64,000 nt of DNA, from NCBI GenBank assembly GCA_965603825.1, contig CBFDEM010000040.1:744001-808000 (forward strand), in the 5' to 3' direction. Position numbers and translations under genes: made by a program. The notes beneath the pieces were generated by a model. That model was not told the DNA's origin. It did not search any database and saw only the letters and a list, made by a program, of their open reading frames with translations. Each line of letters opens with the position of its first letter. The first letter of the stretch is position 1. The DNA comes from Blepharisma stoltei ATCC 30299. Taxonomy: Eukaryota; Protista; Ciliophora. This document shows, in pieces, positions 12,101 through 22,241 of the stretch.

Positions 12101-13388
12101 CTTAGAATCTGCATCCGAAGACATATCAAGACTAAAAGAAAATTTACTAGGAATGAATTCTGAGCTCCAATCTCTTAAAGAAGAAAATTCTGTTCTTACA
12201 GCAAAATTAAATTCGAATAAAACTGAAAATTTACTATTAAAACAGTCAGTTTCTGATCTTGATACCAAAAAAATTAAAGCAGAAAAAACTGTGGAAATTA
12301 AAAATAAAGAAATAAATGATAAAGATTCAGAAATTATAAAGCTCAGCAAGGACTTAGAAAATCTTAACCAAGAATATACAACTCTAATGAAATTAAATCG
12401 CGAAATGAAAGAAAATCTTGAAATAGAACGAGAAAATGGCAAAAATCAAGCTAAAATCATTGAAAATCTTAGTGATAAAACAAAAAATTTGGAAGAAGAA
12501 ATTGTAGAAATTAAAGCCAATTATGAAGAAAAACTAAAATTAAAAGAGTCTGAAAAAGCAGACTCTCAAGTAAAATTCGAGCAAAATATAGAATTTCTTA
12601 CAAGTGAAAAACTAGAAATAATGAAAGACAGATCTCAACTAATTGATAAATTGGATTCTTTGTCTAAAAAATACTCCCTAATTGAAAGCGAAAAAGAAAA
12701 ACTTTTGCTTGAAAATGAAGAATACCTACAAAAAATTGCTGATTTAGAAAATAAAAATAAGCAGATTGAAAAAATTATCTCTGATAAAGAAAAAGAAATC
12801 CGAAATAGGGAAAAACAAATAGAAGATCTTCAGAATGAGCTCCAAGAGAGTAAAAAGGAATTATCAGCTGAAATTAGTGCTTCAAAGCACGAGAATCTTA
12901 TGCTAAAAGTATCTGTTGAACGGATGAAAATGGAAAATCGAAAAGCCCTTACTGGAAAAGATACGGAAATTGCTGCAAACTGTAAAAAAATAAAAGCCCA
13001 AGAAAAAGAAATATCAAATATGCAAGAAGAATTAAGAGAAATAAAATCATCTTATGATAATTATAGAAAGAAGCATGAAGAGGCAACAAATATGAATCTA
13101 AAAATGGACACTGCAGCAAGAATGATACAGAGAGTTTGGAGAAGCAAGAAAAAACGCCAAATTGAAAAAGAAGCAATTATTGCTCAAAGAGTAATATCTA
13201 TATAGAAATATCACGAAGAAGAAGAGCAGAAAAAAAATCTTAGCATGGAACTAAGCCAAATGAACTCAAAAGCAGGAATTCTGCTAGTAAGGAATAATTA
13301 TAAAGAAATAATGTCGATGTTTTCAGGCATCTATAAAGAGTTTATGGGGGAAGCAAATGTTAAGAAAACAGGTAGTTTTATAAATTAA
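9141..13388 (+). CDS. N-terminal-motor kinesin with long coiled-coil tail and IQ-like motif
   Basis: YGQTGTGKT, NSHSSRSH, LVDLAGSE, PFRDSKLT. TGA=W at 10287. Intron 13191-13205. Last exon open to TAA 13388. IQ-like IQRVWRSKKKR. Confidence 0.9.
11271..12715 (+). repeat. Intragenic tandem repeat, period 654 bp (218 aa), about 2.2 copies
   Basis: GAGCAAAATATAGAA recurs at 11271, 11925 and 12579, with near-identical peptides. Confidence 0.9.
13191..13205 (+). other. 15-nt intron GTAATATCTATATAG
   Basis: Phase 0, removes TAG, downstream frame open for 60 codons. Confidence 0.8.
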
Positions 13389-13467
13389 ATGAAAATATAT
13401 TTTCAAAAATTTGAATTAGTATAATTTAGTTAAAAGAGAATTACTAAATTCATAAACTATAGTAAAA

Positions 13468-14844
13468 TTATCTTTTGGATCTCCCTCTTGGTCTAACTTC
13501 ATGAACTTCTAAAAGAACTGATTCTCCTGCAGCATCTTTAGCCATTGTTGCAAAGGGAGTTTTTAATAGAACTGAGTCATTAAACGTGCTTCTTCTTGGT
13601 TTCAGGCTTCTTACAGTTGCTTTTCTAATTGAGCTTCTAACTGGATTTTTTTTATCTTCTTTTTTAATTGACACATTTTTTTTATTAATAGGACTATTCC
13701 CTTGTGATTTTTGTTCAATTTCTGCTGTGGCTTTAGCAATAAGATTTTTAATTTCTTTCTTATCCAGATAAATAGACAAAATTATAGATTTTTCTTTTTC
13801 TGGCGACTTGCTTTCATTTTGTTTAGATTTCCTTTGTAAATATTCTTTTTTTTTCTCTCTTAAATAAATCCTAATATATCTTCACCCAAAAGTCTCTACT
13901 GTAGATCTTATTTCAGGTTTCCTCGTTTTTATTAATTTATTCCACATGTACTGCAAAGCTTTTAGCCTTGCACAGTGTATAAGTCTTCATTTCCTAAAGG
14001 TTCTTTGTATTAAAATTATTTTTAAAATCCAAAACGAAGCGATTCTCCCAATTTCACTTCTGCCGAGGCATATCTCAATGGTCCTGGTAACACATGAAAG
14101 GAATTTTTCGCGTCTTTTTATCCTTCAAGTCACTAAATAAGGTCGCAGAATTTTTCTTAATTTTTTGCGAGCATTTCTTTCTCTTGCATATCTTAAAGCA
14201 ATTTTCAGTCTCCCAATTCATCGAACTAAAATAGTAAACAGCTTTAATCTTCTCTGTAATTGAAAAAGCCTATTAGTTTCATACTCAAACTTAGCTTTAT
14301 AGTTCTGTATTATTGCTAAATGTACTATTAAAATAGTCCAAGTCTTTTTTATATCAACTGCATCTCGAACGTGCTTTCTGAATTCAAACTTTTTGAATTT
14401 CTCTTCAAAATTTTTTTCTCTTTTGCTTTTTTTGACTTTTTCTATCCAAAGTTTAGCTTTTTTAGTTATCAGCTCTTTAAGAGATGCTTTTTTTGATTTT
14501 TCTTTAATTAAATCGAGCTTTCTTTCAGGTGTAAACAATGAGAGATCTAAGTTAGTCCTAAATCTTTCTTCTGATTTACAACCTTTTTCTCTTGATTGAT
14601 TTTGGATTTTTTGAACTATTTTTTCAATTCTTGTCTCAAAAGTAAATCTTGGCGAAATTGAAAATGTGAAACTTTGACTTAATTCAGGCATTTTTGGACA
14701 ATAAGTACCTGGACCAAGTTTACGCTCAAAATATGACTGGGTTGAAGTTTTATTAAGAGTAAACCGAGATTGATCAATATATGGCAATGGCTTTCAGTTG
14801 GTTTTTTGGTCATGAGACTTTTTCGAGGTATTTTCAGCAGACAT
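13468..14844 (-). CDS. Hypothetical basic protein (GPGTY motif, IQ-like IQRTFRKW)
   Basis: One frame from ATG 14844 to TAA 13468 through five TGA codons. Confidence 0.7.
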
Positions 14845-14897
14845 TAATTTTACTAGAAAATGCACATTTTATTTTAATATTTGATTTTGTTAAGAAA

Positions 14898-15377
14898 TTA
14901 CCAAGGGGTGTCTGTGTATTGGGAATAGAGAGAAGCAAAATGCGCTTCCATTTTGATTAAAGACTGCTTTCCTCTTTCCATACAATCTCTATAGCATAAA
15001 ACTGCCTCATTTGATAGGTAAGGGGTTCTCCTCTTTTGTTTGGTGCATGAATGAAAGCAAAGATTAAGGGCAGTCTAAATTTATTTTACATCAAATTGCG
15101 CAAAGCTTGCTTCCTGGTCCTTTTTTAAAGACTCAAGGACACTAATACACTTATTTTTGCATGCAAAAGACTCTCTCAGCTCATAATTTTCCACAGAAAA
15201 ACAATCTCTGCTGCATTCAAATGCTGATTTCTAATTAAAAATCACTAATAAAACTCTATAAGGAATTTCCAATCTTTCTACTAAATCTTTTGCGCAACCC
15301 TTAATCTCATTAACTCCCTCCATAAGACTTTTATCAAATGGGCTTGTCTTATATTCATGGATATCTCTTTCCTCCAT
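14898..15377 (-). CDS. FAM136A/DUF842-like protein with four CX3C motifs (absent from the ORF track)
   Basis: Three exons via 15-nt introns 15231-15245 and 15075-15089. Motifs CSRDC, CKNKC, CFHSC, CYRDC. About 149 aa. Confidence 0.75.
15075..15089 (-). other. 15-nt intron GTAAAATAAATTTAG
   Basis: Phase 0, contains in-frame TAA and TAG. Confidence 0.85.
15231..15245 (-). other. 15-nt intron GTGATTTTTAATTAG
   Basis: Phase 0, removes TAG. Confidence 0.85.
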
Positions 15378-15417
15378 ATATATTTATTATGCTTTTCATA
15401 TTCTTTATATTTAAATT

Positions 15418-16884
15418 ATGTATAAAAAATCGTCTGGGTCTCTATTTGATAAAGCTTTTGAAAGCATGCTAAGGGAAAGTGTAGACGAGTCAGAGCCTGA
15501 ATATAACCCTACAAGGTACCTTCAAGAATCCCCAGAAAATGAAGCGTGAGGAGACTTGCAGACTGAGATTCAATATAAAGATGACAAGCCAGAAATCGTA
15601 AAACAAAGTCAAAATGACAGTAAAGTTATCACTGAGCAGCCACAAATTCAAGCTCCAAAAGTAGGGAAAATTGCTCAAAAATATTTTAATATCAGGCCAA
15701 AAACTGAGCTTCCACCTGTTGCAAAAGAAGAAGACCAAGAAGCAATACTAAAAGATATTTTGTCAAGTAAAATTGAAGAATTAAACTACGAGATCCAAAA
15801 ATTCAAAAAAGACAGTGACCAGCTTAAAAGAGCCAAAATTTTATATGAAGAAAAGCAAAATCAATACCAAAAAGAGGTAGAAGACTTCGAAAAAATCAAG
15901 ATAAGCGTCCAAGAAGAAGTCGAAAAAGTTTACGAAAGCGAACAAATGAAATTAAAGCAAGAATTAAAAGTCCATGAAAGAAACCAAAAGGTATTAGCAA
16001 ATTTCCCTAATAAAAAAGAAAGAGATGAAATAGAGAGCTTAACACAAACGCTTAATAAATATCAAGAAGAAGATAAGCAGAGAAATATGAGGTATAAGAT
16101 GAATAAAGAAAGAGCTGTAAAACAGCTTGAAGATGCAAAGAAAAGACAAGCAGAGCTGCAGGATCAAATTAAAAAAATGCAGATTTTAAAGGAAGAGGCA
16201 CAAAAAGATCAGCCACAAGTGACAAATAACCAGATTTATGAGGTTAAAAGACCTCAGGAAATCCAGAAAGTAGCAGAGAAAAAAGAAATAAATAACAACT
16301 CAATTATTTCCAATCACAGCTATAAACAAAGTTTCGAAGCTTATAAAGGTTTAGATCCTAGCGAGCCTATATCCACTCCTGAATATTCTGAAGTAATCCC
16401 TGTGATTTCACAACAAACAACCCCAGATGGAAAAATTTTGAAAACCTATGAATCTGGGCATAAAGAAATCACATTTCCTAGCGGAGGGAGAAAAGAGGTG
16501 TATCCAAATGGATATTCAGTGGTTTTTCTAGATAATGAAGACATCAAACAAGTATTTCCTGACGGAAAAATCGTATATTTTTATGCCAAACATTCAGCAA
16601 TTCACACAATTTTTCCGAATTCAATGGAAATAATAAAATTCAACGATGGCCAAATAGAAAAACATTATCCTAATGGAAATAAAAAAATAACTTATATAGA
16701 TGGAACAGTCCGGAGAATTAGTGCTGATGGAGAAGAAGAAACAACGTTTTCTGACAGTACTCGGTATATTAGCAAAATAGATGGAGAGAAAATCTTAATT
16801 CATCCTGGAGGACACAAAGAAGTCACAATGCCGGATGGCACAAAATACAGAGAATATGCTGATGGTAGAATTCTCTACATATAA
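15418..16884 (+). CDS. SAS-4/CENPJ-like centriolar protein (coiled coil + Tcp10 C-terminal Gly-repeat beta domain)
   Basis: Repeated x-F/Y-P-D/N-G units, DIKQVFPDG, YFYAK, GQIEKHYPNG. ATG 15418 reached via TGA=W at 15547. Confidence 0.8.
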
Positions 16885-16914
16885 TTAAGCTGATAAATTT
16901 ATTGAGATCGCTTT

Positions 16915-18582
16915 TTATATTAAAATATTACTATGGTGAGAGTCTAATAAAGATTGTCTGTTGGATAGCACAGATTGGTGAGCTGACCCTTCATAATTTT
17001 TAATTACATCTTGGTACATCACAGAATCTTCTTCAAGCGGTCGTATTTCACATGAAATTCTTCTATGCTTTTTTGTGTTGCAGCACATTTCTAAGCAATT
17101 TCGGAACGCACTTTGGTCATTTTTCATAAAAGATCCAGTTTGGCTTTCTTCATTTTCTTCGACTTTTATATTTTTTGCAAAACGTTCATTTGTGGTGACG
17201 TTTTTAAAGAAATTTTGATAATGCACAAATACCAGCATTGTTAATGGTATTAAAAAGAAAAATGAGCCTGTCCCAACAACTCCTGCTAATGATTGGCTGG
17301 ATTTTAAAGAAATATTTAGAAGGCCTTCTTTATGCTCAGTGTGTCTTATAACTTCTTCACAAACAATTACAGTAAAGGCTAGCGTAATTCACATAGTGTT
17401 AATAAATCCAAAGAAAAAACCTAAATTTCTGGCTGCAACACAATTATTTACCCATGGGCAATGATGATCGAATTTTTCCACACATTTGTCGCAGCATTGG
17501 CAATGTCTTGATCTTGCCGGTCTATAAATAACACAGTCAGGGCAAACCAAATGGCATTCATATTTTTCATACAATGAAAATAAGCTTGCTCCATCACTTT
17601 CTATGTACCCAGGATTTCTAGCACTCACAAATAAAAACAGCAGTAAAGAAATGCATATCAAGACGCTATAGATATAGCTAACCAGTTCTCCTGAATATTG
17701 AATATTGAAAAATAAAGTCGCCAAAGTACCACCTCCGTAAAAAATTAAAAAAGTTGCGACTGATACATAAGCAGGCCTTGGAGGGCGTAATGGTGGCTTC
17801 AATCCAAAATCTGACCAAATTGTAGGAGGCTTTAGGACTGAAATTAAATTTTTTTTGTTACCTTGCTGAGCTATCATTAAAGCAGTTTTATCATCATTAT
17901 CCTGATTATTAATTACTTTGGTATTTCTATCTGCACCTTTGATAAGTAAATTTCTGATAATTCTGGAATTCCCTGCTATTGTTGCAAGGTGAAGAGGTGT
18001 GTGACCATCTTTGTCTGCTAAATTCGTAGGTGAGCCTAATGCAATTAATAAAGCTGCTGACATTTCACATCCCATATAGCAAGCCCAATGCAGAGGTGTG
18101 CTTCCTTTGTGATCTAAATCTCTTGTCCCTAATCCAAGTTCTTTAAAATAAGCAATGATTAAAGGCTGATCTCCTTGTGCAGCTACATGAATTACCCCTA
18201 AACCTTGTTTATTTATGGCATTGGTTTCTGCACCAATTTCCAATAACTTTTTAATTATTTTCTAATTGATTTTTACAAGGTTTCCTTTAAAAGCTCCAAA
18301 ATGTAGCGCTGTGAACCCTTCATTTGTTTTTTTATTTACTCATTCCGCTAAGACATTATTAGCATCTTCACCATAAATTTGTTTCACCTGAATTATCTAT
18401 ACATGAGAAATCAAAAATTCTAAAACAGCGTAATTTCCGTTTAGGCTTGATACATGAAGAGCTGTATAGTGTTTTTGGTCTATTGCTTCTGTAGGGTTTA
18501 ATCCTGTTCTACGTAAGATTCTGTAAATATCTACAATGTCAGCTTTGTGAATAGCGTTAAGAAATAGCTGAGCATCTGCCAT
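16915..18582 (-). CDS. Ankyrin-repeat DHHC palmitoyltransferase (Akr1/ZDHHC17-like)
   Basis: TALH/TPLH ankyrin repeats. [32 protein letters not shown] motif. Introns 18388-18402, 18262-18276 and probably 17902-17916. Two TGA=W. Confidence 0.9.
17902..17916 (-). other. Probable stop-less in-frame 15-nt intron GTAATTAATAATCAG
   Basis: Fits the intron consensus. Removal restores ankyrin spacing GADRNTK|DNDDKTAL. Confidence 0.65.
18262..18276 (-). other. 15-nt intron GTAAAAATCAATTAG
   Basis: Restores ankyrin KGNL|[11 protein letters not shown]. Confidence 0.9.
18388..18402 (-). other. 15-nt intron GTATAGATAATTCAG
   Basis: Phase 0 with an internal in-frame TAG. Confidence 0.85.
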
Positions 18583-18678
18583 TTTATGGCAACTTTAGCA
18601 TAATTACAAAATCTCCTGCAATTTTATTGGGGAAAATGAAAAATCATGTGATTATTTTTATCAAAAATCAGTAATAAA

Positions 18679-19287
18679 ATGAATTTGGGAGAAAATCGAG
18701 AAAATGAAGAGTTCTTAAGGTGCTGTGGAGGACCTTATGAAAAATTTTTATGTTTGACGCTAAAATTCGCTGTTGTAATTATTGCAATTATTGACATTGG
18801 GTTGGGATTTATAGGTGTTTGAACACTTATAATTGTAGCGGGATATTATGAGATGCTTCAGCATCTATCTCTTTGAATGTATTTACGGCCGGTACTTTCA
18901 GTAGTAGGAGGATTTTTCCGAATGTTTGGCTTATACGCTATGCTGAGAGCTGACCACTCGAAATTGCGATATTACTCAGTATATAAAATTATAGAATTTT
19001 TTATGCTTTGCATTTTCAGGCCTCTTGAATATGTATATTGCGAAGTAAATGATACATGCGGGTGGCTTTACTTTATTAGCGTGTGAATTGGAACATTTAT
19101 ATCGCTTATTTATACGAAAACTGTATGGAGTACAAACGTAAGATTAAGAAACAACGAGACTTTATTGGTGATGCATGGAAAAGCAGTTGCAGAATTGCTG
19201 GAACAAAGGAGAAATTTTATATATCAGCCTGTTTATGGGGTTCCAATATCCCAAACTCAATTCAGCCTATCGATGGCACAGGCATAA
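18679..19287 (+). CDS. Four-TM membrane protein, tandem family copy 1 (intact)
   Basis: One frame through three TGA=W. Homologous to 21536-22168 (ENE.FL.C.GGPY...CLTLK, YK..E, KTVWS...RL.NNETL.VMHGK). Confidence 0.8.
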
Positions 19288-19700
19288 TATTAAAAGCCAT
19301 AATTAATTTCTTGATTATTAATTTTTAAATCCACTTCTTCATAATATAGAAAGTTTTTTGCTGCATTTTTATCAAAACTTTAGAGAAAAGAGCAGCTTGA
19401 AAGGAAATTGTTAAAATCTAGGTGTATTTTAGAAATTTAATAGCTTAATCTTAGCATATTTAACAATTGATTTAATATATTTATTGGCAAGTACTTAAAT
19501 TATTATAAATAGCACTAGCAATCAGTAATAGCCTTAGAAACATCTTTAAAATTTTTTTGACTTTTCTGTTTTTTAAGTGCCTATTTAAGAACCTCAGAGT
19601 GTTTACCTGAATATAGACATTTTATTTGATCATTATATCCCATAATAAAATTACACTATTTAAGCTTTTTAGCTTTCTTCATTTTATAGAATATGAATAA

Positions 19701-20266
19701 ATGGATAGCAGCTCAAATTCAGACAATGAGAAATTTTTGAATCGCTTTAGAAAGCCATATGAAAGAGTCTTATGCCTGACTCTGTATACAGCAGTCATAA
19801 TAATTGCAATTATCGACATTGTTATAGGGACAATGGGCTTTTCAACAATGATAACTCTTAGCTCAGCAAAGCAATGCAGCCAATATACGCTCTATTTAGA
19901 GATGCAAGCCCTTGTTAATATGCAGCCTTTTCTTTCGCGATATCAGGATTAATAGGCCTATGTAGATCAAAGTTTGTACTTTTTGAGAGGTATCAGCAAT
20001 TCAAAATTGTGGAATGGAATTTACTTTTCTTAATAAGATGCATGAGATTTACTACTGAAGCTAATTTCTATGGGTTTATTTCTGCCTCTCTTTATGTAGT
20101 AATCCTAACCACAATTGGGTTCTTTTTAACTAAAATTGAGTGGAGCACTTATATTAGGCTAAAATATAATGAAACTTTGCTAGTTATGCATGGCAAAGAA
20201 GTTGAAATGATTAGGCAGCAGCCTGTCAATGCTACAGGGCAGCAATTTTATATGGTCTCATCCTAA
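19701..20266 (+). pseudogene. Four-TM family copy 2, frameshifted
   Basis: Homology to copies 1 and 4 continues in a shifted frame after an apparent 1-nt deletion near 19920. No intron-shaped sequence there. Confidence 0.7.
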
Positions 20267-20589
20267 TCGGGATGCATCGGGAAAGGTTGAAATGAAATCT
20301 AATATCTAATTTTAATTTCAATTTTTCTATAATAATATGAATGTTTGACTTTATTTTTCTTTAGATCAGTTTTATTCTATGTAGGTGATGCGTGATTAGA
20401 ATTTGGAGCTTAAATTTAAACAATACCTTTTATGAGCAGCCAAGAATACTTGAAAGAAGCTCATATGCCTATAAGGCAGAATAATAAATAATTATTTTAA
20501 TATATTATTAATCCTCTATTTTATTTCAGGCATTTCTTTATAGAATACCAGTAACCCATCTTTTTCAATAATATTTTATAACTCAAAAT

Positions 20590-21180
20590 TTTTAAATAAA
20601 TCGACGTTAACAGAAAAGAAAAATTCTTGAGCTATTTTGAAAAACCATATGAAAATGGCTTATTCATGAGTTTAAACACAGAAGTCAGAATAGCGGCTAT
20701 ATTATATATTATCTCTGCATTAATCAGCTTTTATCAATTCTATCTCAAAAAAATCTTGTGTTTGTTTTTCAATCTTGGCTCTTTGCTGAAATAGATATTC
20801 TCGTTATATGGCAGGTGCTAGTTTTGCAGTGGAAGGATTATTAGGTATAAATAATCCAGATATTTAGGGTTGAAACATTATCAGCAATATAAAATTATCA
20901 AATTTTGACCCCTAAGCTGAATTATTAGTCAGAAGCTAGGAAGCCCTAGAACTCTCAGTAGAGCAAGAGGAGTTAGCCCAGAGCAGTATAAGGTGACTTA
21001 ATAAGGTAGATTTGAGATAATTGTGGCATCACAGGGAACTTTCCAATAAATAATTAATGCTATCCTAATTCCAAAAAAATAACGAAAATTATTTGGTTAA
21101 GTATAGTAAAGCAGCTGAAATGAATAATCAGGAGTCAGGAGACCTCAGAAGTCCATCTTTTTATGCTGTCTCATCGTGAT
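20590..21180 (+). pseudogene. Four-TM family copy 3, heavily decayed
   Basis: Remnants EKFLSYFEKPYE, HYQQYKII, NNENYLVKYSK and FYAVSS. No start codon, and several frame breaks. Confidence 0.65.
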
Positions 21181-21535
21181 TATATTGTGCTATCTATACG
21201 TTTAATATAAAATTAAAAACTTAATCCTATTTTGATGTTTTAAGGTATAGAAAAATGAGCAAATAAATAATCGAAAAAAAAGCTAATGTTTATCTACAAA
21301 TTATTTTTCAATGATTTTGGACCTTATGCATTCATGCTATATTGCTATTATTTGATTTTAATTTTTCTCTTTAAATTATTCAAAAGCAAATGCAAATTAA
21401 TTTCTAAAAATTAGATTTATTTGCGATCTAATAATTATTGCTTAAGAAACATTTTTTTTGATTAATTATATAAATAAAAATTCTTATAACAATATATATA
21501 TCTATTTTATGCTATTCAATAAAATATAAATACAA

Positions 21536-22168
21536 ATGGATTTAAGACCCAGCTCAGAAAATGAACACTTTCTTCTCAGCTGCTTCGGCGGCCCCTACAA
21601 AGGAGCTTTATATTGTCTCACACTAAAAGCAGCAGTCATCATAATAGCAGTCATCGACATTGTGCTAGGCGCTTTATGCTTTCTTGAATTAGCGTTTATC
21701 CTCCTTAAGCAATATTACTCAGAAGTTGATATTGTCATAGGGCTCCACGATTTGCTAGACATCGTAGCCTTATTTTTTGCTTTAAAAGGAATCAGCGGTA
21801 TTACAAAGGTTGACTCTTTGCTGCTTCACCCTTACAGTCAATATAAAACTGTGGAATTGTGCTTTCTTATCCCTCTAAGACTAGTAAAACACATTGTTTT
21901 CTGTGAAGAATTAGGTATTTGTGGGTGGGGTTACTTTGTATTTGGAATAATGATAGCAAATTTGGTATCTTTTTTCTTTGCAAAAACTGTATGGAGTGCC
22001 TATATAAGGTTGAGCAATAATGAGACTTTGATGGTAATGCATGGAAAAGAAGTGGTAGAGATGATGCAGCAACAGCCCAGGGTGTTAGGAATTCAGCCAG
22101 TTTATGCTGTTCCTGGGCAAACAATAATTCAAACGCCTGTGGGTCAAGCTGTAAGACCTGTAGTTTAA
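21536..22168 (+). CDS. Four-TM membrane protein, tandem family copy 4 (intact)
   Basis: 210-aa ORF with four hydrophobic segments and a Q/P/Y-rich tail. Confidence 0.85.
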   Translation: MDLRPSSENEHFLLSCFGGPYKGALYCLTLKAAVIIIAVIDIVLGALCFLELAFILLKQYYSEVDIVIGLHDLLDIVALFFALKGISGITKVDSLLLHPYSQYKTVELCFLIPLRLVKHIVFCEELGICGWGYFVFGIMIANLVSFFFAKTVWSAYIRLSNNETLMVMHGKEVVEMMQQQPRVLGIQPVYAVPGQTIIQTPVGQAVRPVV

Positions 22169-22241
22169 TTAGACATTTTTAGGTTTTTGTTTAATTATTT
22201 TTTTGATTTATTTAATCACCTATGAATTATTATATGTGTGC

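Noticed and set aside
10694-13176. Minus-strand F/S/L-rich ORFs opposite the kinesin tail (likewise 8171, 48611, 59634, 60270 and similar)
   Set aside because: These are antisense shadows of K/E-rich coiled-coil codons, with no motifs and full overlap with better genes.
19900-19960. Programmed frameshift or intron rescuing 4-TM copy 2
   Set aside because: No GT..AG of suitable length, and no Euplotes-type AAA-TAR or slippery site. A simple deletion is more parsimonious.
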